Below are positions 13,538-26,620 of a stretch of 64,000 nucleotides of DNA, in pieces; the first letter of the stretch is position 1; each line of letters opens with the position of its first letter. The notes under the pieces were generated by a model. That model had not been told where the DNA came from. It was given only the letters and a program-made list of their open reading frames with translations, and made no database searches. Both the position numbers and the translations under genes were made by a program. This stretch comes from Dictyostelium discoideum (Eukaryota): contig CM000150.2 of assembly GCA_000004695.1 (NCBI GenBank), positions 1,088,001-1,152,000 of the forward strand. The letters are read 5' to 3'.

Positions 13538-16015
13538 TAAATAATAATAATAGTGAAAATGGTAATATTCAACAACCATATGGTAGTCCAATTAATATTT
13601 TACAATTCCCAATTTCACCAAGATCAGAAAACAATGTAAATAGTAATAATAATAATAATTATAATAATTATAATAATAATAATAATTCAAATAAAGGTAA
13701 TAATTCAAATAGATCAATTTTATTATATGAAATTAATAGACCATTTGAAATTAGAATAATTTGTTTAGAGAATTTAGTTTTACCATTATTCCAAAAATAT
13801 TTGGGAAGCGAATGTAATAATTTTAATGATGTAAAATTAACAATTATGGTAGAATTGTGTCATGGTGAAGATGTTTTAACAGAGCCAATGGAGACAGTGA
13901 TAAAGTTAGGATCAAATCCATTATGGTGTGAATGGTTAAGAAGTGCATTATTGATGAGTAATATACCAAGAGCATCAAAGTTATGTTTTACAGCTTATGC
14001 TCAACAAGGTGATAAACAACAAGCCAAAGTATCCATTGGATGGGCAGATTTACAATTGATCGATTATCATAGTCAACTTTTGAGTGGAGTGATCTCATTA
14101 ATCCTATGGCCTGGAGCACGTACAGATATACCCGATTTTAATGTTCCCTCACCATCATTGGTCATTGAATTCTGTCAATTCCCATTCCCAGTGGTATTCC
14201 CAAAACCAGAGATGATGGAACGTACAGAAATTAGAGATTACGTAGAGTCTCGTAAAGAAGATACAGAAAGATTGGAAGAATTGATTCGCAAAGATAGTTT
14301 ATACGTTTTGACAGAGACTGATAAGAAATTCATTTGGTTATATAGAATGCATTTACAAAAGATACCCTCTTCTTTACCAAAGGTATTACAATCATTAAAT
14401 TGGAATAATCCACAAGAAGTAAAGGAAGCTCATCGTTTACTTTCAATTTGGTCAACTCTATCACCATTGGAAGCATTGGAATTATTGGATAGTAAATTCG
14501 CAGATGAATTGGTTAGAGAGTATGCTGTAAATTGTTTACATTCATTGGCCGATAGTGAATTGGCTCTTTATCTATTACAATTGGTTCAATCATTAAAACA
14601 TGAACCCTATCATAATAGTGCACTATGTAGATTCTTAATTCGTCGTGCTTTAAATAATCGTGCTGTCATTGGACATCCATTCTTTTGGCATCTTGAAGCT
14701 GAAATGCATAATCCAAAGATCTCTGAACGTTATTCATTGGTTTTGGAAACTTTTTTAAAAGGTTGTGGTAATCAACGTCATGAATTTGTAAAACAAATGG
14801 AAGTGGTCACAAAATTACAAACAATTGCAAAACTCGTCAAAGAAGCATCACCAAATAAAAGAAAGAACCTTTTACATGAAGAGTTAAATAAAATGAGTTG
14901 GCCAAATACTTTTCATTTACCAATTTCACCATCAACTGAAACCTGTGGTGTCATAGTTAGTGAATGTCGTTGGTTGGATTCTTTCACTGTACCTTTGTAT
15001 TTGGTTTTCCAAAATGTTGACCCCGTTGGTGAACCAATAGCAGTAATCTTTAAGAATGGTGATGATTTACGTCAAGATATTCTTACACTTCAAATGATCT
15101 CTGTTATGGATAATATTTGGAAACAAAATGGTCTCGATCTTCATCTTTCAATCTATAACGTTACCGCTATCAATGAAGATACTGGTTTCATTGAAGTTGT
15201 TCCAGATTCTGATACAACTGCAAATATTCAAAAAGCTGCTGGTGGTGTCACTGCTGCTTTCACTAAAACTCCACTTTCAAATTGGTTAAGAGAAAGAAAT
15301 CAATCTGACCCCGACTATGAATATGCAGTTGGTAATTTCACTCACTCTTTAGCTGGTTATTGTGTTGCAACTTTTATTTTAGGTATATCTGATAGACATA
15401 ATGATAATATTATGGTTTCAAAATCTGGTCATTTATTCCGTACGTATCTTTTTTTTTAAAAATATACTAACAAAAATAATTTCAATACATTTATTAATAT
15501 TCTTGTTCTTTTTTTTTTTTTTCTTCATTCTATAATAGATATTGATTTTGCACATTTCCTTGGAAATATTATGAAATTCCATGGTTACAAGAGAGAAAAA
15601 GCACCATTTGTATTAACACCAGAATTTGCTCATGTAATGGGTGGAGAAAAGAGTTTATCATTTAAATTCTTCTCTGATTTATGTTGTTTATCTTATAAAT
15701 TTTTAAGAAATCATAGAAATCTATTTATTAATCTTTTTAGTTTGGTAAGTTTTTTTTTTTTTTTTATTTATCTTTTTTAAAATTACTAATATTTTATTTT
15801 AAAAAAATAAACAGATGATTTCAACAGGTATACCAGAGTTATCAACAAAAGCAGATATTTCATATTTGAAAGAAGCCTTTTTATTAGATGTGTCAGATGA
15901 AGAAGCTGGTGCATCTTTTGAAAGATTAATTCAAAAGAGTTTAAAAACAAAAACTACTCAAGTTATGTTTGCAATGCATATTTTAGCTCATTCAGGAACA
16001 AGTTCTGATGATTAA
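10679..16015 (+). CDS. Class I phosphatidylinositol 3-kinase catalytic subunit (RBD - C2 - helical PIK - kinase); 5 exons, ~1640 aa
   Basis: Exons 10679..10750, 10917..12167, 12244..15439, 15539..15744 and 15815..16015. Introns have GTAAGT, GTATGT, GTACGT and GTAAGT donors, (A/T)nAG acceptors, and all phases are consistent. Ras-binding domain VIRITGTSDHVLKTDELV; C2-like region; catalytic motifs DLRQDILTLQ, ISDRHNDNIMV and GHLFHIDFAHFLGN (spanning intron 3), then FINLFSLMISTGIPEL spanning intron 4. Long N/T/Q-rich N-terminus. Exon 1 is less certain. Confidence 0.8.
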
Positions 16016-16054
16016 CAAAAATTGTAGATTATTTAAAAAAAAAAAAAAATAGAA

Positions 16055-16085
<31 letters not shown>

Positions 16086-16197
16086 GAAAAGAAAAATAAT
16101 TTAAATAAAACCGAACTTAGTTATATATATATAATTACTATTATATATTCAAAATTTAAAATAGAAATAATCTAGTTTTATTTTCATTTTGTTTTAT

Positions 16198-18228
16198 TTA
16201 TTTATTTTTTTTTAAATTTATTTTGTTGGATAAGTGTTTGTTAAGTTTTTTATCAATTCTTGGTTTATTTTGATTGTAAACCATGGGAGTAAGTAATTTA
16301 ATAATAATATCCCTAATGGAATTTAATTTTAAGATTTGTGGTTTTGATTCTAATAATAAACTTTTATAAAGATCATAATAATCATATACTAAATAAGTGG
16401 AATAATTTGATTCTTCAATGGATTTGGTTAAACCACATTCCACTGATCCCCTAACTAAATTAATTAATTCTTCAAATAGCATTGAATTTGATTTCTTTGG
16501 ATTTGCAATATATTTTGCAAGTGGTGTAACCTCAAATTCCCGAGGGGTCAATTTCTTTACAAAATCACGATTCTCTAACATTTCTTTGAAAATGTTTATT
16601 TTTCTAAAGTTTCTTAAATCTTTACATTTTGAATAATTCTCAGCAATTGTTGGGTATAATTGATCATTATCAATATCATAAACTAATGAGCTTTTTGTAT
16701 GACCTTTTGGACAGATATAATTAAATCCTGTTTCTTTTAATGATTTTGGTTCTTTATATACTAAATTTGAATTTCCAATTGTACTTGGTATAATCTCATT
16801 ACATTTGTCACATACTTCTTCAGTTAATGAAGATTGGAAACTACATTGATCACAAGTACAAAAGAAGTTATGTCCATTCAATAAGTCTTTTCTTCTCTTC
16901 TCAACTCTATTTAAAAAATAGATATATGAAATTGTTATTGCTTCAGATTCTTGTATATCAGATGAAGCATAAAGTACCATAACACCATGTTTATCTATGA
17001 AATAATCTGAATTTGGTATACAACTATGATTTGTATAACATGAGAATGGATATAAACCACTAGCTTTTTTCTTTTGGCTTATTACATCTGAGTAACCATG
17101 AGAATTGCAATCAACTATTCTAATAATATTTGAAATTTCATCTTTTTTTAAAGTATTGGCACCATAAAAACTTTTAAATATTAATTCTAAAATATCAGTT
17201 TTCATTTTAGTTGAATCTGAATAAGCTCTTTGTGATTCATTTGTATGGTTGAGTAATTTTTTTGATAAGTTTAATACATCTATTACTGATGAAGATATTG
17301 CATTGTCTACTTCTACCACCGCTTTATTATTTGTTTTATTTTTAAATATATTGTATATTGTATTAATATAGAGTCTACGTTCATCGGTTAATCCTCTTTC
17401 TTTATTATCTTCATTAGCAATTTCAAAATTGTTCATTTTATAATATTCATTATTAAGTTTATATAATACACATAAATCGTTTGGATGGTATTTAGAAAGT
17501 GGTTCATTTGGAGCTTTACATTCTTTACAAATGGCAAAGTCATCACAATCTTTACATTTTAATAAATTATCAATAGATTTCTTTTGATAACAAACACCAC
17601 AAAACTTTGATACATATTTTCCATTAAGTGAAAATGAAAATGGAGCAATTCTAAGTATTTCTTCACCTCTTTTGATTAATCTTTTTGAAATTAAATATCT
17701 ACCTTTTTCAATTGAATTTTCATAGGCAACATTTTCAAGTTTTTGATTCTTCAATACATTTTCAAAATAGACATCTTCTTTAACTTTATTATTTGTTATT
17801 TCAATTAATCTATTTCTTTGTTGAACTACTTTTTCATCTTGTTTTGAAATTGAAATTGCTTTATCAATTGACTCCATTGAACCTTTATAATCACATAAAT
17901 AACTTTTACAAATTGATTGATAATAAAATGCTTTTGAATTTTGATTATTAAATTCTATACTTTTATTTGATGCTTCTAAACTTAATATTATTTCATCTCC
18001 TTTCAAGTACATTAGTGATAGATTTGAATATAAAATTGAAATTAATTTATTAATTTGATCATTAATTTCAATTTTATGTTTTTCATCATTAAAATATTTA
18101 ATACCTAATTGAAAATAAGTAATTGCTCTTTTATTTAATTTATCTTTATTTTTTTCTTTATTAAATTCTTTATTTCCTTTATCTTTAAAATCATTGATTT
18201 TTTTAATATGATTTGAGTTTATATCCAT
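16198..18228 (-). CDS. SET and MYND domain (SMYD-like) protein lysine methyltransferase; single exon, 676 aa
   Basis: ATG at 18228. TPR-like N-terminus; a MYND-type Cys cluster (CGVCYQKKS...CKDCDDFAICKECKA...H...C); SET-domain signature YPFSCYTNHSCIPNSDYF (NHSCxPN) followed by the post-SET Cys cluster FFCTCDQCSF. Confidence 0.8.
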   Translation of the reverse strand: MDINSNHIKKINDFKDKGNKEFNKEKNKDKLNKRAITYFQLGIKYFNDEKHKIEINDQINKLISILYSNLSLMYLKGDEIILSLEASNKSIEFNNQNSKAFYYQSICKSYLCDYKGSMESIDKAISISKQDEKVVQQRNRLIEITNNKVKEDVYFENVLKNQKLENVAYENSIEKGRYLISKRLIKRGEEILRIAPFSFSLNGKYVSKFCGVCYQKKSIDNLLKCKDCDDFAICKECKAPNEPLSKYHPNDLCVLYKLNNEYYKMNNFEIANEDNKERGLTDERRLYINTIYNIFKNKTNNKAVVEVDNAISSSVIDVLNLSKKLLNHTNESQRAYSDSTKMKTDILELIFKSFYGANTLKKDEISNIIRIVDCNSHGYSDVISQKKKASGLYPFSCYTNHSCIPNSDYFIDKHGVMVLYASSDIQESEAITISYIYFLNRVEKRRKDLLNGHNFFCTCDQCSFQSSLTEEVCDKCNEIIPSTIGNSNLVYKEPKSLKETGFNYICPKGHTKSSLVYDIDNDQLYPTIAENYSKCKDLRNFRKINIFKEMLENRDFVKKLTPREFEVTPLAKYIANPKKSNSMLFEELINLVRGSVECGLTKSIEESNYSTYLVYDYYDLYKSLLLESKPQILKLNSIRDIIIKLLTPMVYNQNKPRIDKKLNKHLSNKINLKKNK

Positions 18229-18664
18229 TTTTTTTTTTTATTTTATTATTTGTAATATTTTTTTTTTTTTTTATGTTTATATTGATTTAAATTTTTGGTC
18301 AATCAAAAAAAAAAAAAAAAAAAAAAAAAATCAAAATAAAATTAAAAAAAAAATTTTGGTTGAAAAAAATAAATTAAAATAAAATTAAAAAAAAAAATTA
18401 TAAATAAATTAAAATAATTAAAAATACAGAAAATTTCCAAGAATAACCATGGTTTTTGTTTTTAATTTAAAAAAAATAAATTGAAAAAAAAAAAAAAAAA
18501 AATTAAATATACACAACCTAACAAAATTTTTTATTTCCTTTTTAATTTCTTTTAAATGATACTATCATTTAAATTTATTTATTTATTTATTTATTTTTTA
18601 TAATAATTTTTAAATTTATTTTTATTTTTATAATTTTAAATTTATTTATTTATCAATTCGATAA

Positions 18665-18710
<46 letters not shown>

Positions 18711-18719
18711 TTATTAAAT

Positions 18720-19072
18720 TTATAATAGACTTGTAGATTCAGATGAAGTATCAACCAATGGTTTATCATCATGTTGATCACTATTAATATAAAGGTTTTT
18801 TAATTGAAGTGATTTTGAATGTCTTTTAGCCAAACGAGCTCTAACTATTAAAATAATAACGAAAACTATGAATGAAAACAAGGCAACCGATGCAAACACT
18901 ATTAATGCAATTTCCCAAGCTTGTAATTGTAATCCTGGTGTATCATAAGCATTAATCATTAATTTAATCGTATAAGTTCCTAAAGATTCTATATCATTAA
19001 TTAATGATTGTTTTATTGTAATTGATAAATACATTGAATTACTTGAATAATTTATTAAATTTGATGGATTAA

Positions 19073-19111
<39 letters not shown>

Positions 19112-19889
19112 CATTTGAATTTAAAATTTTTAAATATGAATGACCAGGATTTATCTTTGAATTAAAGCTATAAATATCAGCTAAACTAAATAATAATAAT
19201 GAATGAGATTTCTGATCATTAACTAATATAGAATTTCTACTCTCTGAAATTTCCCATTTAATTGAATCCATATTATCATTTAAATTTGTTAATTCAAAAA
19301 TAATTTCAAAACTACCATTATTATTACCATTACTATTATTATTATTAATTAAATTTGTTGAATTTATAGTTGGTGAAATTGTAATTAAAGATGATGTTGA
19401 AGATTCAGGCATATATGAACCATGGTAATTTATAAAACTAAATGAAGAAGAAGAAGATTTTGAAGAGGATCCTCTATCAAAATAATCTACATTATAGTAT
19501 AAACCATTTAACCAACTACTTATATTTGAAGATATAAATGATAAACCAGTGATTGTTGATGTTTCATCAGTTATATATGAATTTGAAATATCAACTTGTT
19601 GAAAATTAGTTGATGATGGTGATTGTGATGATGATTGAGTAGCTAAAATATGTGAAATTTTAATATTAAAAATATCATTGGTTGTTGTAAATTTAAATTG
19701 ATTAAAATCAGTACCAGTTGGTAATGGTAATAAAGATTCATTCTTTACTTTATATGCACAATTGAATGATGCATACTCTTTATTACATCTACAAGTATTA
19801 CCAATATCACATTTACCATGATTTGCACAATCTTTTGGACATGAACTATTTACATAAAGATAATATGGGAAATTGATAGTATTGATTGA

Positions 19890-19970
<81 letters not shown>

Positions 19971-20333
19971 GTTGTTGTTATTGTTGTTATTTGTTATTCC
20001 TAAATATTGAATTGATACATTATAGAATTGATTAAAATTTATTGATGGTGAAGTTGTTGTTGCTAATTGTTGTTGTAATGAACAAGTTAATGATTCTTGA
20101 TTATTGTTGATATTAATATTTTCACATTGTAATGGTTTTATTCCTTCACCAACACTAAATGATATCGCTGTAATATTTCCCCTACAAAATGTACCTGTTA
20201 TTTCGATCGGGCTATCGGGATTATATGGATTAATTTCTGAAACTGTTAAAATTTCTGCTATACATAAATTATCACCTACTACAAATACATTTTGATAATA
20301 TAAAAACAATAATAATGTAATTAAAAATTTCAT
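18720..20333 (-). CDS. EGF-like domain type I membrane protein, paralog A (537 aa)
   Basis: ATG at 20333. Signal peptide MKFLITLLLFLYYQNVFVVG; EGF-like module CPKDCANHGKCDIGNTCRCNKEYASFNC; an in-frame (N)36 tract; one TM helix IALIVFASVALFSFIVFVIILIV followed by a basic stop-transfer RARLAKRH. About 40% identical to 24700..26253. Confidence 0.7.
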
Positions 20334-20377
20334 TATTTATTTTTTTTATTTTAACTATAATTTTAAACAAAGGAATG

Positions 20378-20409
<32 letters not shown>

Positions 20410-20773
20410 AGTTGGGGGTAAAAAAAAAAAAATAAAATAAAATAAAATAAAAATAAAAAAAAAAAAATCAAAATCAAAAAAAATAACAAATTATTACCCT
20501 GCACAGTTGTGTCACACTCTTGTGATTCCCCCGAAATGAAATAATAAAAAAATTAAAAAAATTAAAAAAATAAATTTTTTTTTTTTTTTGATTAGATTGT
20601 TATTTTAAAAATAAAATTAATCATTACCAAAAAAAAAAAAAAAAAAAAAAAAAAATGGGGAAGATATTAATAAAATAAAAAAATAAATAATTAATCAATT
20701 GACCCAACAATTTTTTAAATTACATTATTAAATTTTTTTAGACTGATCCAAATGGAATTTGAGTTTTTTTTTG

Positions 20774-20818
<45 letters not shown>

Positions 20819-20929
20819 AAAGAAATAATAAAAAAAAAAATTATTACAACACTATAACAAAAGAACATTTTTTTATTTAATTTTCTTTTGTAAAAATTAC
20901 ATCATTTTTGTCGCTATCACAATCACCTA

Positions 20930-22561
20930 TCAACTATCACTATCACCATCACTATCACTATCACTATCACTATCACTATCACAACATCCAAGGCAGTCAC
21001 TAGGACTTTTTAGTTTCCAATCTATTTTATTCTTTGATTGGTTATCTATTGATGATTTTAATAATCTTAATCGATTTTCACATATTGATCTGGTTTTACC
21101 GCCATCTATTCTTATTTTTTCTAGTGAATTTGAATGGAATTCCAAGATATTTTTAATAAATTTAATATTTTGATTTGTTGGACATCCATTCCAATCAGTA
21201 CAAAAACGAATTGAAAATCTTTTAATACCACCACCACCACAACCATTATCATTGACTAGATTTTTTAAAGTTTTGAAATTTGTTATTAATATATGTTGAA
21301 ATAAATCTTTATAATTTCTTTTAAATCCATAATAATGATCAATAGTAATACTTTGTAATGATGGCATTGGTGGTGGATAAATTAAGTATCTTGATGATTG
21401 GATACTTACTTGATAAAGATAAAGATATTCATCTTCATCTTCATCTTCATCATCCCCATAACCTTTAATATCTCTACTGATTCCACAATTTGTTGTTGAA
21501 TCATATTCATCACTTTCAATATAAAATGATTCGACTCTTGAGAATAACAATTCAATATATTCTCTACTACTTGAATATGGTATTAATCTAATTGATTCAT
21601 AATTGAAAAATAATGGTGGTTGTTTAATTAAACTGAATTCAGTAATATTGTTTAAATGAATCAATGGTTTGTTCCAATCAAAGTATTCATTATTTAATAT
21701 TTTTGATAATACTCTAAAGAATTGTTTACATACTAAAGCATATGATAATAAATTATAATTTAAAATAACATCATCATATGCAATTATATTATCTGCATAG
21801 GATAATGATTCTCTTACTATCTTTTTAACTATTATATCTGATAAAATAAAACATGGTTTATCTGTTTTCTTTTGGTGTGTCACTCTTCTCATTATTACAA
21901 ATTTGTGTGAATGTTTCAACAATTTCACCACCACCACCACCACCACCACCACCATCATGATAATCATGATCACTATATGCAATACTGAGTAAATTATCAA
22001 TATTATAATATTCTTTTTTTTTAAAAAATTCTGACATAATAAATAACCTTTTATCTAATTTATCCCTATCATTCTCGTATAAATTTTTAAACCAATCTTT
22101 AAACTTTAAAATATATAAATAAATTTGAAATTAATATTATCAATAATAATAAAAATAATAATAATATTATTAATAAAAAGAAAACTTACTTTTTTATCTC
22201 TAATGATTTTTAAATAAAGTTTATTATGAAAGTAAATTGAGTGGTAATTTGATTCATCAATATCTTCGATCTTACTAAAAATATTGAATGAGCTATCAAA
22301 GAATATATTTAAAATGAAATTCATATAGCCTTTTTTATCGAAATAATGAAAGAATTTAAATCTATGATAGCTGTTGAAATAATTAACAGCTTCAATTCTA
22401 ATTGATTTATTCTCTTTATGACTATCATAAATTCTTAAAACATCTATTAATCCAGAAAATGTTTTTGGTGTTTCTTTAATTGACTTTATTTTAATTTCTT
22501 CATTTGTTATTAATTCATCAACACTATTTTGTAGTTCTTCTCGTTTTCTTTTTTTTTCCAT
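20930..22561 (-). CDS. F-box-like uncharacterised protein, paralog A; 2 exons, with an internal frame break
   Basis: Exon 1 is 22561..22190 (MEKKRKREELQ..., donor AAA|GTAAGT). Exon 2 starts at 22103 (FKDWFKNLYEND...). An F-box-like motif ILSDIIVKKIVRESL...LLSYALVCKQFFRVL; Cys/Gly cluster CGGGGIKRF; C-terminal (DS)n. The conserved N- and C-terminal halves of exon 2 lie in different frames around a (GGT)9 tract at about 21920-21960. Confidence 0.5.
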
Positions 22562-22889
22562 TTAAAAAATTGATTGTATAATTTTTTAATTTTTCTTTTT
22601 TTTTTTTTTTTTTTTACAGGTGAATAATAATAAAATGGTGTTTTGGATTTGTATGGGTATCCCAAAAAAAAAATTCAACACCTAATTTTTTACGCAGAAG
22701 ATATTTTTTTTTTTTTTTTTTTAATTTAATTTAAACATAATGGAGTTAATATTAAATTCTTTTCAACTCATCAAAATAAAATTCCATTTGAATATTCTTA
22801 AAAAATTATAAAAAAAAATACAACTTTATGTCTAGATATTTATTATTATTCTTTTTTTTTTTTTTTAATATTTGTTTTGAAACCTTTGG

Positions 22890-24425
22890 TCATACTCTGT
22901 CAACTATCTTCCAATCTATTTTGTTCTTTGATTGCTTATTGATTGTTAAAATAATATCTTCAAAATGAACTGAACCTATATTATAAGCATCTAAACAATT
23001 AAATATAACTTTTTCCAATGTATTTGAATGGTTTTTTAAAATATCTACAATAAAACTAAGATCATAGTCTGGTTCTCCTTTCCAATCATTACAAAAGTGA
23101 ATTGAAAAATTTTTAATACCACCACATCCACCACATCCACCACCACAACTACCATCACCACCATCACCACCATTATCAAGTTTAGTAGTTTTAAAATTTT
23201 TTATTAATATATCTTTTAAAAAATTTTCATAGTTGCTTGAATATCCATAAAATGAATGAATTGATAAACTTTGTAATGATTGCATCATTGGTGGTAGTGA
23301 AATTAAATATCCAGATGACACAATTCCTTCTTTATAGGTATCATAATCATCATGATATTTTCTAATATCAACACCACATCTATATTCAGGAAATTCAAGA
23401 TCTCTAGAAAGTCCATCATATGATTCTATATCATGCTCATCAGTTTTAATATAAAATGATTGAACTCTTGAGAATAATAATTCTAAATATTCCCTACTAC
23501 TTGAATATGGTATTGATTTAACTAATTCATAATTAAAATGAAAAAATGAATTTCTATAAATATTGAATTCTTTATTATTTAAATATATGCATGCTTTCCA
23601 TTCAATACATTCATTATTTAATATATTTAATATTTTTAATAATACTTTAAAGAATTGTTTTGATACTAATGCTAATAATAATAAATTATCATTTTTAATA
23701 AATCCATCATCCATTCTTTCATCTTCAAATAAATAATTTCTAACTATCTCATTAATTATTATATCTGGTAAATAAAAATTTTTCATTTGTAAATGTACAC
23801 TACTATCCTCACTACAATTATGACTATTATTTTTATTATTTATTGAGGAATTATTATTATTATTGTTATTATTATTATTTTTGTTGTTGTTTTCACCATA
23901 TGCAATACTATGTAAAGTATCGATTTCATAATGTTTGGTTAATACTGAACGTGTTTTCATAGTTGCTAGAATTCTTTCTAATCGATCCATATCATTTTCA
24001 TATAAATTTTTAAACCAATTTTTAAACTATTAAAATTTAAACATGTTTGAATTAATGATAAAAACCATTTAAATAAAAATAAAAATAATAATAATAATAA
24101 TAATAATAATATAAATAATAATGATAAATCCCTTACTCTTATCATTTATTATTTTTTCATAAAGTATAAATTTAATATAAGTGGAAGAAATAATATCAAA
24201 AATTTCCGCAAAAACAAATTCAGAAGTATCAAAAAATACATTTAGAATGAAATTTGTATACCCATTTTCATCTATGTAATGAAGATTCAATTCTAATAGA
24301 TTCATTCTCTTTGTATTTGTCATAAATTCTTAAAACATCAATTAATCCTAACAATGTTTTTGGTGTTTCTATTATTGATTCTGAAATTTTATCTATATCT
24401 ATTTCAATCTCTTTATTGTTTGTCA
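22890..24425 (-). CDS. F-box-like uncharacterised protein, paralog B; frame breaks in exon 1 relative to paralog A (possible pseudogene)
   Basis: Exon 2 is 24026..22890 (FKNWFKNLYENDMDRLER...F-box-like YLPDIIINEIVRNYL...LLALVSKQFFKVL...CGGGCGGCGG) and is intact. Exon 1 homology (MTNNKEIEIDIDKISESIIETPKTLLGLIDVLRIYDKYKENESIRIE at 24425..) shifts frame at about 24300 and again at the donor, where GATAAGA|GTAAGG replaces GATAAAAAA|GTAAGT. Confidence 0.4.
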
Positions 24426-24699
24426 TTTTTAAACTTTTTTTAAAAAAAAAAAAAAAATAATCAAAGTCAAAAAAACGAGTTTTAAGGGTGCAAAGATAAA
24501 TTTTTTTTTTTTTTGAAATATAATTAAATCAAATGTGGTTTGTGTGAAATATATAATTTTTTTTTTATATTTTATTTAGTGCTCTTTTGTGATTTATATA
24601 AAAATAAAAAAATAAAAAAAAAAAAAATAAAGATTTTTCGATAATATTTAATATTTATTTATTATTTTATTTTATTTTATTTTTTTTTCATAAAATTAA

Positions 24700-26253
24700 T
24701 TAATGAAGTAATGGTTTACTTTCATCATTATTTTTATTATTGTGATGATGATGATGATGATTATTATTTTCTTCAGAATTATTTACACTTAAATTTTTAA
24801 GTTGTCTCTTTTTTCTAATTATAAGAACCAGTATGAATAAAACAAAAGCAAAACTTGCAACTGCACCAACGATAATTAAAGCGATTGCCCATTCAGGGAA
24901 TTTAAGAGTTGAATAATTATAAGCATTAATTGCAAATTGAACTTGATAAGTACCAGTACTATTATTTAATTGCTGTTGTTGTTGTGGAATAACAATTGAA
25001 AGATAAACTGAATCAACTGAATAAGTTGACTCTGTTGAAGTAGTGTCAGTTGATGAATGATTTAATAATTTTAATATTTCATCATTTGATAGTAGTCTTA
25101 AATGAGCATGATTTGGTACAATTGATTGATTAAAACAATAAATATCTGATAAACTAAATAAAATCAATGAATTTGTTTTCTTATTATTAAAAAGTATTGA
25201 ATTATTCGTATCTGATATCTCCCATGAAACAGAATACATATCATTGTTTGAATTTTCAATTTGTAATATCATTTCAAAAGTTGTACCATTACCATTACCA
25301 TTATTTAAAAGGTATTGAGTATTTATAGTTGGTTCAATTAAAATTTGTGATGAAACTGATGAGATTGGTAAATAAGCACCATGATAATTTATAAATTTAT
25401 TTAAAGTACTATTACTATTTTTTGAATAATTTGCCATATATTTAATTGTATTTAACCAACTATTCTCATTAACAATCGTTGAAAATGATAACCCATTTGA
25501 TGTTTCATTTTTATCAATTATATTTGAATCTATAATATCTTGTTGTTGATATGTTGATGATGACGATGATGATGATGATGATGTTAAAACACTTTGTAAT
25601 TTAATATTAAAAATATCATTTCTCGTTACCATTGCAAATGTTGAATAATCAATACCAACTGGTAATGATAATGCATCATTTGTAATCTTATGAGAACAAT
25701 CAAATGATGCATATCCTTCATTACATAAACAAGTACTACCAATACTACAAACACCATGATCTTTACATTTCCCTGGACATGATTGATTTGTATAAAGGTA
25801 AGTATTCGATCCTAATACTCTAACTGGTGATATTGATAATGTACTACTGCTACCACTACTACTACTATCACTATCACTATCATCTGGTATTGGAATTGGT
25901 GTTTTAATAAATACTGTATTAAATTGATTGAAATTAAAAGTAGTTGATTGATTTTTATCTAAACCGAAATTAATTGTACATGATATAATTTGACTAAGTG
26001 GATCAATTGTTGGATCGTCACAAGAATAAATTATATTACTACCTGATAATGTCATTGAAATTTGAACACCTGTTGTATTATATAAACAAAATTCACCTAC
26101 AATTTGAACTTTTGCATTTGATTCGAATGGATTAACCTCTGAAATACTTGAAACATATTGTTTACATTCAGAGGATGATGTTGTAGATAAATATTCATAA
26201 CTAAAACATTTATTTAAATAAATTATAAAAAATAAAAATGAAATAATTTTCAT
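24700..26253 (-). CDS. EGF-like domain type I membrane protein, paralog B (517 aa)
   Basis: ATG at 26253. Signal peptide; CPGKCKDHGVCSIGSTCLCNEGYASFDC EGF-like module; TM IALIIVGAVASFAFVLFILVLII plus RKKRQ; His-rich C-terminal tail. Collinear with 18720..20333. Confidence 0.7.
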   Translation of the reverse strand: MKIISFLFFIIYLNKCFSYEYLSTTSSSECKQYVSSISEVNPFESNAKVQIVGEFCLYNTTGVQISMTLSGSNIIYSCDDPTIDPLSQIISCTINFGLDKNQSTTFNFNQFNTVFIKTPIPIPDDSDSDSSSSGSSSTLSISPVRVLGSNTYLYTNQSCPGKCKDHGVCSIGSTCLCNEGYASFDCSHKITNDALSLPVGIDYSTFAMVTRNDIFNIKLQSVLTSSSSSSSSSTYQQQDIIDSNIIDKNETSNGLSFSTIVNENSWLNTIKYMANYSKNSNSTLNKFINYHGAYLPISSVSSQILIEPTINTQYLLNNGNGNGTTFEMILQIENSNNDMYSVSWEISDTNNSILFNNKKTNSLILFSLSDIYCFNQSIVPNHAHLRLLSNDEILKLLNHSSTDTTSTESTYSVDSVYLSIVIPQQQQQLNNSTGTYQVQFAINAYNYSTLKFPEWAIALIIVGAVASFAFVLFILVLIIRKKRQLKNLSVNNSEENNNHHHHHHNNKNNDESKPLLH

Positions 26254-26620
26254 TTTTTTTTTAATTTATTTTTTTTTTTAATTTATTTTTATTTTTTTAT
26301 TATTTATTTTTTTTTTTTTTTTTATATATATCACACACATAGAAGATATTAATATTACATTTAAAAATGGTTTAAAAAAAAAAAAAAAAAGAAAAAAAGA
26401 ATTTTTAATGTAAAAAAAAAAAATAAAAAAAAATAAAAAAAATAAAAATAGTTTTGTGAATCTATGAGATTTTTAGATATTTTTTGAAAATTTGAGTACT
26501 GGTATTTTTAAAAAGAAAAAGTTTGGAAATAAAAAAAAAATAAAAAAAAAAATAAAAAAATTGATTTCAGATAATTCACTTAAAAATTATAATTTTATTT
26601 TTTGATTTTCCTTAAATTTA

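Noticed and set aside
13400-13591. 63-aa poly-Tyr ORF (minus)
   Set aside because: Antisense of the (AAT)n run in PI3K exon 3.
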